Shown in pieces: positions 55,943 to 64,000 of a DNA stretch of 64,000 bases; position 1 is the first letter of the stretch, and every line of letters begins with the position of its first letter. Origin of the DNA: an uncultured Acidimicrobiia bacterium (GTDB taxonomy: Bacteria > Actinomycetota > Acidimicrobiia > IMCC26256 > JAENVU01); NCBI GenBank assembly GCA_963770105.1, contig CAVYOL010000002.1, forward strand, positions 832,646-896,645, in the 5' to 3' direction. The translations under genes were made by a program, and so were the position numbers. The notes beneath the pieces are model-generated. The model ran no database searches, had not been told where the DNA came from, and saw only the letters and a list, made by a program, of their open reading frames with translations.

Positions 55943-57430
55943 ATGCGAGAGCGCGAACAGAAGCTGCTCGCGGCGCCGGAGCTCGCCATTCCTGCCCCTG
56001 ACGAGCTGCTCGCCGGCATCGGGAGCTGGACGGTGGAGGAGGTCGACCAGCTCGCGATCTACTTCGACACCTCCGACCTCCGGCTCACACGAGCCGGTGT
56101 GAGCCTGCGCTACCGGTCCGACGACGGCTGGACCGTCAAGCTGCCTGCGCCTCGCGACGGTGAGATCTTCGTCCGCGACGAGCACACGTTTCCCGGCGAG
56201 CTCGGAGAGCCCCCGCACGAGGCGGTCGACCTCGTCCGGGTCTGGGCGCGTGCGGCACCCCTGGGCCAGGTCGCACGGATGCGCACGCATCGGACCAAGA
56301 TCCGCGTTCGTGACGATCGAGGTCGGCTGCTGGGCGAGATCGACGACGACGCGGTCTCGGGAACGGCGACCCGCCACCGCGCGTTCGAGTTCCGCGAGAT
56401 CGAGGTGGAGAACGCGCAGGATGCGGATGACCGCGCGTTGCAGCCGGTGGTCAAGCGCCTCCGACGCGCCGGTGCGGGAACGGGCCGCGCGATGCCCAAG
56501 ATCGCCCGGGCGCTCGGCGCCGCCGCGTCGCTGCCTCCGGACCTGTGCCCGCCCGAACCGTTGGGGCGCGATGCGACGCTGGGCCAGCTGGTGCAGGCCA
56601 CGATCGCGACCTCCGCGCATCGACTCATCGAGCACGATCCGGTGATCCGCACCAGCCAGCACCCCCGGGGCATCCACCAGGCCCGCGTCGCGGCGCGGCG
56701 CCTGCGGTCGGACCTGCGCACCTTCCGGCCGGTCCTCGATCCGAGCTGGAGCGAGCCGATCAGGAGCGAGCTCCAGTGGCTCGGCCGTGACCTGGGCCGC
56801 GTCCGTGACGCCGACGTGCTGCTCGCCCGGCTCCGCGCGAAGTCCGGCGAGGTCCCCGATCGTGACCAGGACCGCGTGCGCGAGCTCATCGAGCGACTCG
56901 AAGGCTCGCGCGCCCATGACCGGGAGGCGCTGCTCGACGCCATGCGGTCCGATCGCTACACCGCATTGCTCGATCGGCTCGTGGACGCGACGCGCTCGCC
57001 GCGGATCAAGGACGGGAAGGATGACGAACGGGCCGCGAAGGTCGTGCGCAAGCTCACCCGCGGCCCATGGAAGCGGCTTCGCCGCGCCGTGAAGAAGCTC
57101 CCGGCATCTCCCGATGACCGCCAGCTGCACGAGGTGAGGAAGCGGGCGAAGCAGGCGCGCTACGCGCTCGAGGCGGTCGGACCGGTCGCCGGATCGCGCG
57201 CCCGGAAGGCGGCCCGGCGCCTGGCGGCGCTCCAGGACGTCCTCGGCGAGCATCAGGACGGGGTCGTCGCATCGGCATGGCTGCACGAGGCCGCGCAGGC
57301 CTCGAGCAGCTCCGAGACCGCGTTCGTCGCCGGGATGCTCGCCGGATCGTTCGAGGCGGACCGGCGCCGGGTCCGACTCCGTTGGCGGCGGGCCTGGAAC
57401 CGCGCCAAGCGGGCCCACCGGAGCGTCTGA
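55943..57430 (+). CDS. CYTH (triphosphate tunnel metalloenzyme) plus CHAD domain protein
   Basis: It has the N-terminal ExExK signature (MREREQK) and a beta-barrel region. C-terminal CHAD helices carry conserved basic/His positions (IHQARVAARRLRSDLRTF, LHEVRKRAKQARYALE). Confidence 0.8.
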   Translation: MREREQKLLAAPELAIPAPDELLAGIGSWTVEEVDQLAIYFDTSDLRLTRAGVSLRYRSDDGWTVKLPAPRDGEIFVRDEHTFPGELGEPPHEAVDLVRVWARAAPLGQVARMRTHRTKIRVRDDRGRLLGEIDDDAVSGTATRHRAFEFREIEVENAQDADDRALQPVVKRLRRAGAGTGRAMPKIARALGAAASLPPDLCPPEPLGRDATLGQLVQATIATSAHRLIEHDPVIRTSQHPRGIHQARVAARRLRSDLRTFRPVLDPSWSEPIRSELQWLGRDLGRVRDADVLLARLRAKSGEVPDRDQDRVRELIERLEGSRAHDREALLDAMRSDRYTALLDRLVDATRSPRIKDGKDDERAAKVVRKLTRGPWKRLRRAVKKLPASPDDRQLHEVRKRAKQARYALEAVGPVAGSRARKAARRLAALQDVLGEHQDGVVASAWLHEAAQASSSSETAFVAGMLAGSFEADRRRVRLRWRRAWNRAKRAHRSV

Positions 57431-57516
57431 GCCGGACCGACGGTTGGGTTGCGAACGGGTGAACACTCGCTGCCGGTGGTCGCCGGGTCGTCTCCGCACC
57501 GGCAGAATCCGGCTCC

Positions 57517-57870
57517 ATGACCGAGATCAACGTCTTCCGGCACGCGGCCGACACCGTCGCGCTCGAGCCGGGCGAGCTCTTGTTCCACGAAGGGGACCCG
57601 GGCGACGTGATGTTCGCGGTCGTCGAGGGCGAGGTCGAGCTGGGGGTCAGCGGGACGGTGGTGGAGGCGGTCGGACCCGGCGGGATCCTGGGTGAGCTCG
57701 CCCTGATCGACGCCGGGCCCCGCAGCGCGACGGCGACCGCGACCACTGCGGCTCGCGTCGTACCCGTCGATGCGGAGCGCTTCACCTACCTCGTGAACGA
57801 GCACCCGACCTTTGCTTTACAGGTCATGACCGTCATGGCCGAGCGTCTGCGGCGAGCCAACGGCCGGTAG
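57517..57870 (+). CDS. stand-alone cyclic-nucleotide-binding domain protein (no output domain)
   Basis: 117 aa. G..LF.EGDPGDVMFAVVEGEVEL......V..VGPGGILGELALID.GPRSATATA shows the canonical phosphate-binding cassette. Confidence 0.8.
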   Translation: MTEINVFRHAADTVALEPGELLFHEGDPGDVMFAVVEGEVELGVSGTVVEAVGPGGILGELALIDAGPRSATATATTAARVVPVDAERFTYLVNEHPTFALQVMTVMAERLRRANGR

Positions 57871-57964
57871 GCCCGGGCCCCGGAAGGCGCCTCGCGCGGG
57901 CCGACCTCCCCTGGGTCATTTGGCCCCTGGTGCGAGCGGGGGCCGATGGTTAGCGTTCCCCGCC

Positions 57965-58147
57965 ATGGAGACGCTGAAGATTCCGGTGTTGTCGCTGCGG
58001 ACGGACGATCGCATCAAGGTCGGGTTGGAGCGTTACGAGCGGGTGACGCGGATCGACGACCGTGAGCCCGGGGTCGTGAAGGTGATCGTCGCGTCGGGGC
58101 TGTCCATCCATTACGGCTACCACGACCTGGCGACCGTCTCGGCCTGA
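57965..58147 (+). CDS. 60-aa hypothetical protein
   Basis: From ATG 57965, GC3 in frame is roughly 88% by hand count. No recognisable family. Confidence 0.5.
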   Translation: METLKIPVLSLRTDDRIKVGLERYERVTRIDDREPGVVKVIVASGLSIHYGYHDLATVSA

Positions 58148-58179
58148 CCCACGGGTCGCAGCACGACGGTTCAGCTGCT

Positions 58180-59705
58180 TCAGCCGGCGCAGACGGTGCC
58201 GGCGGCCGGCGGCGCGAGGTTCACGAGGTACGCCGCGATCACGCCGCGCACGCACGAGCTCGAGAGCATCGCGACGTGCCCGGTGCCGCGTCGGGTGAGC
58301 AGCACTCCCTGCGCGAACGTCGACGCGACGTTCTGCGCCCACGCGTAGGGCGTTGCCGGGTCGTTCGTCGTACCGATCACGAGGGCGGGCGGCGCGCCGG
58401 GCGCGCGCACGGGATGCGGCTGTCGCGTCGGTGCGGCTTCCCACGTCGCGCACAGGAGACCGGCCCACGCGAGGTACGGACCGAACGCCCGTGAGCGCGC
58501 CGTCGCCTGCGCGGCGAGCGCGGGGTAGCTGTCCGGATTCGGGTCGACGGGGTGGTCGAGGCAGTTGATCGCGCTCGACGCGTCGGAGTTGATCGTCGAT
58601 CCCGGCGTCTCGCCGAGGTAGCTGCGCGTCAGCGACAGGATCGGTCCGCCGTCACCGCGTTCCGCCGCGGCGAGCGCGGCGGCGAGCGAGCTCCAGCGCG
58701 ACGGGCTGTAGAGCCGGCTGAACAGCGCGGAGTACAGCTCGCTGACGCCGACGGTTGCGCCGCCGACGGCGAGGGGCTGGGTGCGGAGCCGTTGCGTCAG
58801 CCGGTCGAGCGCGTCGGGCAACGCGATCCCCGGTCGCCATGCGCATCCGCTGCCGCACGACGCGAAGAACGCGTCGAGCTGCTGCTGGAACCCGACGGCC
58901 TGGGCCATCCAGAGCTCGAAGGACGGGAGCGACGGATCGATGACCCCGTCGAGCACGAGCGCCCGGAGATGGGTGGGGAAGAGGTCCGCGTAGGTCGCCC
59001 CGAGCAGCGTGCCGTAGGACATCCCGAGGAACGTGAGCTTCTCGTCGCCGACGGCCTTCCGGAGCTGTTCGAGGTCCCGGGCGACGTCCGTCGTGCCGAT
59101 GAATCCCAGCAGCGGGCCGGCCGCCTGCGCGCACACGTGTGCGCGTAGCCCCGGTCGGCGTCGACGAGCGCGCTGCGTTCGGGGGCCGTGACGGGGATCG
59201 GGTCCACCTTCGTGCCGGTGTCCGTGCCGGTGGACCCCGCCGGCCCTGGATTGCAGTTGATGCCTCCGCTGTTGCCCACCCCGCGCGGGTCCATCTCGAT
59301 GACGTCGAACCGTTGCTTCACCGCCGGCGCGAGCACGCCGAGATCGCGGCCGAGCAGCCTCGTCCCCGCCTCGCCCGGCCCACCCGGGTTGATGACGAGC
59401 GATCCGATCCGTTGCGCCGGGTCCAACGCGGGCTCGCGGGCGAGGGAGATCCCGATCGTCGCGTTGCGGGGGTGGGCGTAGTCGACCGGCACCGTGAGCG
59501 TCGCGCACTGGATCGAACCGCCGCAGGGCTTCCAGGTCAGCGGCGGGGGATCGCCCGCGGGCTCGGTGGTCGTCGTGGTGGGGATGGGCGCGGTGGTGGT
59601 GGTCGTGCGCCGTACCGCGGCTGCCTTTGGTGTCGCGCTCGATCCGTTGCACGCGGCGAGTGCGAGGAGGAGCACGCCGACGATGCTCACCCGCAGCCAC
59701 TTCAC
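58180..59705 (-). pseudogene. secreted lipoprotein, alpha/beta-hydrolase S33 peptidase (tripeptidyl-aminopeptidase-like), one frame break
   Basis: It has a lipobox (LALAACN), then INPGGPG and the nucleophile elbow GMSYG, and a TAP-like C-terminal region. The two track ORFs join at about 59135-59141 inside CACACGTGTGCGCGC. Confidence 0.8.
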
Positions 59706-59760
59706 CGAGGCGAGGGTACCGCCCGATGTAGCCGCCGCAGCCTCGCCCTATTCTCCCGTG

Positions 59761-59976
59761 ATGGCGGTCACGATCTACGGCGTCTGTGCACTCACGTTCA
59801 TGATGACGATGTACGCACTGGAGAAACGGGGCCGGCGCTACGTGCTCGGCTTCGCGGTCGGGTGCGTCCTGTCGAGCCTCTACGGGTTCCTCTCGGGCGC
59901 ATGGCCGTTCGGCGTCGTCGAGCTCATCTGGTCGACGATCGCGTTTCGCCGCTACGGCGAGCCCCTCGCGGTCTGA
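59761..59976 (+). CDS. 71-aa two-TM membrane protein, unknown function
   Basis: From ATG 59761 there are two hydrophobic helices. It ends 2 nt before the convergent arsI/cadI stop. Confidence 0.45.
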   Translation: MAVTIYGVCALTFMMTMYALEKRGRRYVLGFAVGCVLSSLYGFLSGAWPFGVVELIWSTIAFRRYGEPLAV

Positions 59977-59977
59977 G

Positions 59978-60409
59978 CTACGAGACCCCGCAGCTGCAGC
60001 TGCCGCCCGCGTCGCCCGCGGGGAGCTCGTCCGGGGGAGTGTCGTCGTCGGCCAGCACGGTGTAGATCTCCCACGGCGCGCCGTCGGGATCGTCGACCCA
60101 CACCTTGTCCTGGACCGCGTAGCAGCACGTCACGTTGTCCTCGGTGGCCGTCTCGAGCCCCGACTCGGTCAGCCGGCTCGTGGCGGCGACGACCGCTTCG
60201 GGCGTCGCGACCTCGACGCCGAGGTGGTTCAGGGTGCCGCCACCGCCGTCCGGGTCCTCGAGCAGGACGAGCTTGAGCGGGGGCTCGTCGATGGCGAAGT
60301 TCGCGTAGCCGGGCCGGCGCTTGGCGGGCTCCGTGGCGAAGAGCTTGGAGTAGAAGCTCACCGCGGCTTCGAGGTCGCTGACGTTGAGGGCGAGCTGCAC
60401 GCGGGCCAT
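59978..60409 (-). CDS. ArsI/CadI-family glyoxalase-fold metalloenzyme (C-As lyase / Cd-induced protein family)
   Basis: ATG 60409 follows GGAGGCA. MARVQLALNVSDLEAAVSFYSKLF...PGYANFAI.EPPLKLVLLE...LNHLGVEV and the vicinal Cys pair in VTCCYAVQDKVWV are family hallmarks. Confidence 0.85.
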   Translation of the reverse strand: MARVQLALNVSDLEAAVSFYSKLFATEPAKRRPGYANFAIDEPPLKLVLLEDPDGGGGTLNHLGVEVATPEAVVAATSRLTESGLETATEDNVTCCYAVQDKVWVDDPDGAPWEIYTVLADDDTPPDELPAGDAGGSCSCGVS

Positions 60410-60438
60410 CGGGTGCCTCCTGCTGGGGACCGGTTCAT

Positions 60439-60488
60439 GCATCGATCTGGATCAATATCTTGTCAATCGCATCGACGGATGTCAATAT
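60439..60488. promoter_or_regulatory. AT-richer divergent promoter/operator region with a 30-nt-period direct repeat
   Basis: GCATCGATCTGGATCAATAT (60439-60458) is repeated as GCATCGAC-GGATGTCAATAT (60469-60488). Both lie in the 85-nt gap between the arsI/cadI start (60409) and the arsR start (60495). Confidence 0.35.
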
Positions 60489-60494
60489 GTTGCC

Positions 60495-60869
60495 ATGAGC
60501 TCGAGCACCAAGGAGATGACGGCGCCGGCGGCCTGCTGCGCGCCGGTGATGCAGGCCCCCCTGGGCGAGGCCGACGCCGACGAGCTCGCGGGCGCGTTCA
60601 AGGTGCTCGCGGATCCCGTCCGGCTCCGGCTGTTGAGCCTCATCGCGGCGCACGACGGTGAGACCTGTGCGTGCGAGCTCGTCGACGTGCTCGATCGCTC
60701 GCAGCCGACGATCAGCCACCACCTCTCGGTGCTGCACGACGCCGGGCTGCTCGCCCGCGAGAAGCGGGGGCGCTGGGTCTGGTACCGCACCGTGCCCGCG
60801 CGCATCGCGGCGTTGCGCGATGCGCTCGCACCGCCGACGACAAGCGCCGACCCCGCCGACTGCTGCTGA
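60495..60869 (+). CDS. arsR: ArsR-family arsenic/metal-responsive repressor
   Basis: LADPVRLRLLSLI...CACELVDVL..SQPTISHHLSVL..AGLL matches the family. Cys pairs lie near both termini (AACCAP, PADCC). Confidence 0.85.
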   Translation: MSSSTKEMTAPAACCAPVMQAPLGEADADELAGAFKVLADPVRLRLLSLIAAHDGETCACELVDVLDRSQPTISHHLSVLHDAGLLAREKRGRWVWYRTVPARIAALRDALAPPTTSADPADCC

Positions 60870-61591
60870 TGGAAGCCCCGCTCGCGCGCCGCGCGCTCGC
60901 GGAGCTGGTCGGGACGATGCTGCTCGTCGCGGTCGTCGTCGGCTCCGGCATCGCCGCGCAACGCCTCTCACCCGGTGACGTCGGCCTGCAGCTGCTCGAG
61001 AACGCGATCGCGACCGCCGCGGGGCTGATCGCGATCATCCTTGCGGTCGGCTCGGTGTCCGGCGCGCACCTGAACCCGGTGGTGAGCCTCGCCGATCGGG
61101 TCTTCGGCGGCATCACGACCCGGGAGCTCGGTGTGTACGCGGTGGCGCAGGTCGTCGGCGCCACGCTCGGCTGCATGCTCGCGAACCTGATGTACAGCCT
61201 TCCGGCCGTCGACTGGTCCACGAAGACGCGGTCGAGCGGCGGGATCTGGCTCGCGGAAGCAGTGGCGACGGCCGGCCTGCTGCTCGTGGTCTTCGGTGTC
61301 GTCCGTTCGGGCCGCAGCTCCGTCGCACCGTTCGCGGTCGGCGCGTACATCGGCGCGGCGTACTTCTTCACCTCGTCGACGAGCTTCGCCAACCCGGCGG
61401 TCACCGTCGGGCGGATGTTCTCGAACACGTTCGCGGGCATCGACCCGAGCTCGGTCCCGGCCTTCATCGCGTTCCAGGTCGTCGGGGCCGCGGTCGCGGT
61501 CGTCCTGATCCGACTGCTGCACCCGAACATCGCCGACGACCTTCCCGACCTCATCGTGGCGCACCACGGCGAGGAAGAGGTCCCCGCGTGA
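60869..61591 (+). CDS. MIP-family aquaglyceroporin (AqpS-type arsenite channel candidate)
   Basis: ATG 60869 overlaps the arsR stop (ATGA-type overlap within TGATG). It has six TM helices and two NPA-type boxes (HLNPVVSL, FANPAVTV). Confidence 0.85.
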   Translation: MEAPLARRALAELVGTMLLVAVVVGSGIAAQRLSPGDVGLQLLENAIATAAGLIAIILAVGSVSGAHLNPVVSLADRVFGGITTRELGVYAVAQVVGATLGCMLANLMYSLPAVDWSTKTRSSGGIWLAEAVATAGLLLVVFGVVRSGRSSVAPFAVGAYIGAAYFFTSSTSFANPAVTVGRMFSNTFAGIDPSSVPAFIAFQVVGAAVAVVLIRLLHPNIADDLPDLIVAHHGEEEVPA

Positions 61592-62005
61592 GCTCCGCCG
61601 ATGTTCCGTCGGTCCTCTTCGTGTGCGTGCACAACGCGGGCCGTTCGCAGATGGCCGCCGCGCTCCTGGAGTGGCGCGCGCGAGGAGCGCGTGATCGTCC
61701 GGTCGGCCGGCAGCGCGCCCGCGAGCGAGATCAACCCCGCGGTCGTCGCCGCGATGGCGGAGGTCGGCCTCGATGTCTCCAAGGAGTTCCCCAAGCCGCT
61801 GACCGACGGCGCGGTCGAGGCCGCGGACGTCGTCGTCACGATGGGTTGCGGCGACGCCTGCCCGTTCTTCGCCGGGAAGCGCTACCTGGACTGGGAGCTC
61901 GACGACCCGGCCGGCCAACCCGTCGAGACGGTCCGCCGCATCCGCGACGAGATCGACGCCCGGGTGCAGACCCTCCTCGCGGAGCTCACCACCCCCGCCG
62001 CCTGA
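61588..62005 (+). pseudogene. arsC: arsenate reductase, LMW-PTPase type, one frame break
   Basis: GTG 61588 overlaps the channel-gene stop. It has the CX5R P-loop (FVCVHNAGRS). The frame changes at about 61670-61685, and RVIVRSAGSAP...VVTMGCGDACP then runs to TGA 62003-62005. Confidence 0.85.
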
Positions 62006-62030
62006 CCCCCGCCCTGACCCGCGCCCTCCG

Positions 62031-62090
62031 GGCTCGTTTCGGGGCGCCTGAGCGTCGCCGGGGCGACGATGAAACGCCCCGAAACGAGCC
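62031..62090. terminator. 16-bp perfect inverted repeat with a nested hairpin between arsC and pstC
   Basis: GGCTCGTTTCGGGGCG (62031-62046) pairs with CGCCCCGAAACGAGCC (62075-62090). The loop contains GTCGCC-GG-GGCGAC (62054-62067). The element begins 26 nt after the arsC stop. Confidence 0.5.
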
Positions 62091-62200
62091 GGGGGTTGGC
62101 CGGGTGTTCTCCGAATGCGCGCCCGGCGCGACAGGTCACGGCCACTGGCTGTTCATCCGGCGTCCGTACGTTGCCAGTTGCCTCGGAGGAGGGAAGCTGG

Positions 62201-63203
62201 ATGGGCGAGCGCGGCGGGGTACTCACCCGGCCCGGTGAACATGACGGAGGCATTGACGCGGACGTCCCCGTCCGCCCGATGACGCAGCGCACGACCGGCG
62301 ATCGGATCTTCCGCGTCGTGGCAACGGGCGCGACGTCGGTCAGCCTCATCATCGTCGCCATCACCTTCATCTTCCTGGCGAACGGGTCGCGGCCCGCGCT
62401 CGCTTCGTCGGGCATCTGGAACTTCTTCACCGGCAGCGTGTGGAACCCGACCGTCGGCCACTTCGGCGTGTTCGGCCTGCTCGAGGGGACCCTGATCATC
62501 GCCACCATCGCGATGGTCATCGCGCTCCCGCTGGCCCTCGCGATGGCGTTGTTCATCAACGAGTACGCGCCGGCGCGCCTGCGCCGGCTCCTGACGTCGG
62601 TCATCGACCTCCTCGCCGCGCTGCCGAGCCTCCTCTTCGGCTACTGGGGGTTCAAGGCGCTCCAGGGTCAGCTGGTCCCGATCTCCACCTTCCTCACCAG
62701 TCACTTCTCCGCGGTCCCGTTCCTGAAGGTCACGAGCCACAGCCCCCGGCTCGTCGGCTCGGCCTTCATCGCGGGTGTCGTCGTCGCGATCATGATCATG
62801 CCGATCATCACGTCGGTGTCGCGCGACGTGATGGCCCAGGTGCCGCGCGAGCAGTGCGAAGGTGCGCTCGCGCTCGGCGGCACCCGCTGGGGGATGGTCC
62901 GCGAGGTGATCCTCCCGTACGGGCGCAACGGCATCGTCGGCGCCGCCCTGCTCGGCTTCGGCCGGGCGCTGGGAGAGACGATCGCGATCGCGCTCGATCA
63001 TCAGCCTCGTCTTCCAGGCGAACACCCACATCCTCGAGCAGGGTGCCGGTGCGATCGCCCCGCTCATCGCGATCCGCTTCGGTGAGTCGGGATCGCTCGA
63101 GCGCAGCGCGCTGATCGCGGCCGGGCTGGCGCTCTTCCTGATGACGCTCGTGGTCAGCCTCATCGCCCGGCGCATCGTCGCCCGATCGGCTGCGGTCAAG
63201 TGA
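62201..63203 (+). pseudogene. pstC: phosphate ABC transporter permease PstC, one frame break
   Basis: ATG 62201 follows GGAGGAGGG. It has the EAA-type loop (REQCEGALALGGTRWGMVREVILPY). The frame changes at about 62995 (...ETIAIAL | IISLVFQANTHILEQ). The stop at 63201-63203 overlaps the pstA GTG. Confidence 0.85.
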
Positions 63204-64000
63204 CCCAGGAGCTGACTCCGACCGACGTCCTCGACCTCGCGGCGATCGAGCGGCAGGACTCGCCCGAGAACGACCGCCCCCGCCGCCAGCGAAAGCTCTC
63301 CGGCGACGACCTCGCCGCCGCGACCCTGGCGATCATCAGCGGCGGGGCGTTCGCGTGGATCCTGCGCATCCTGCTGGCCCAGCACGGGATCATGGGCACG
63401 GCGCTGTGGTGGTACATCGGGTCCCTCGTCGTCTTCTTCCTCATCATCCGCGACCGCACGGACTCCGAAGGCGCGATCGACCGCATCATGACGGCGCTGA
63501 TCTGGTCGGCCGGGGTCGTGGTCACGTCGCTGCTCGTCTGGATGCTCGTGTACCTCGTGTTCAAGGGCCTTCCGAAGCTCCGGGCCAGCTTCTTCACCGA
63601 GGACATGAGCAAGGTCGGGCCGCTCACGCCCGGCGGCGGGGTGAAGCACGCGCTGATCGGCACGCTCGAGCAGGTCGGACTGGCGACGATCGCCGTCGTG
63701 CCGCTCGCGGTGCTCACCGCCGTCTACCTCAACGAGATCGGCGGTCGGCTCGCGAAGCCCGGCGCGCTTCGTCATCGACGCGATGAGCGGCCTGCCGAGC
63801 ATCATCGCCGGGCTGCTGATCTACACGATCTGGGTGACGTACTTCGGGTTCTCGGGGATCGCCGGCGCGATGGCGCTGCTCGTCCTCATGCTGCCGACCG
63901 TGACCCGGGCGTCCGAGGAGATCCTGCGCACGATCCCGGACTCTCTGCGCGAAGGCGCGCTCGCGCTCGGCGCGCCGCAGTGGCAGCTGATCCTGCGCAT
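63200..64000 (+). pseudogene. pstA: phosphate ABC transporter permease PstA (3'-truncated by the window edge), one frame break
   Basis: GTG 63200 forms a GTGA overlap with pstC. The frame changes at about 63760 (...GGRLAKP | RFVIDAMSGLPSIIAGLLIY). SLREGALALGAPQWQ is the permease EAA loop. Confidence 0.8.

Noticed and set aside
62100-62200. PhoP PHO-box upstream of pstC
   Set aside because: There is only one 11-nt unit resembling the actinomycete direct-repeat consensus (GTTCATCCGGC). Functional PHO boxes need at least two tandem units.

Overview
Very high-GC Actinomycetota-type chromosome segment with about 60 genes. Rough hand counts give about 68-78% GC inside genes.

Gene content, left to right:
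- GHMP kinase and GH38 alpha-mannosidase
- arsR-SRPBCC-DUF899 operon
- DUF2252 protein
- 942-aa wall-anchored repeat protein
- HhH-GPD glycosylase
- CFA-synthase-type methyltransferase
- ppa
- AddAB/AdnAB-type helicase-nuclease pair
- class A PBP
- zinc-ribbon / RNase HI / CobC-like block, as next to M. tuberculosis Rv2228c-Rv2229c
- flavin amine oxidase
- GH114 / GT87 / GH5-like glycan block
- PlsC-type acyltransferase
- META lipoprotein
- RNase P RNA (rnpB, minus strand, 38411-38819)
- 1223-aa PQQ-dehydrogenase/PKD/LamG protein
- CaCA exchanger
- WhiB regulator
- UbiB/ABC1 kinase
- acyl-CoA dehydrogenase
- trpD
- DEDD+GIY-YIG exonuclease
- YjbQ
- NYN protein
- 687-aa secreted protein with five 270-bp tandem Ig-like repeats
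- CYTH-CHAD protein
- two output-less cNMP-binding proteins
- S33 peptidase
- arsI/cadI - arsR - aquaglyceroporin - arsC cluster
- pstC and pstA (pstA runs off the right edge)

I saw no rRNA, tRNA, CRISPR array, transposase or integrase.

Two things stand out.
1. A roughly 4.4-kb lower-GC, gene-poor island (33996-38410) sits against the 3' end of rnpB. It carries short ORFs, all but one on the + strand, and at least eight copies of an oriented, imperfect GC-rich palindrome (core ACGCGTCGAGGCCCCGAC). I did not see that palindrome anywhere else in the window.
2. At least 35 reading-frame breaks interrupt 14 otherwise well-recognisable genes. Their distribution is very uneven: about 17 fall in 44.7-48.5 kb, and none fall in several 2-4-kb ORFs. 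This is either local consensus error or real gene decay, and the sequence alone cannot tell which.

Gene coordinates were anchored on the supplied ORF track. Frameshift positions are approximate.
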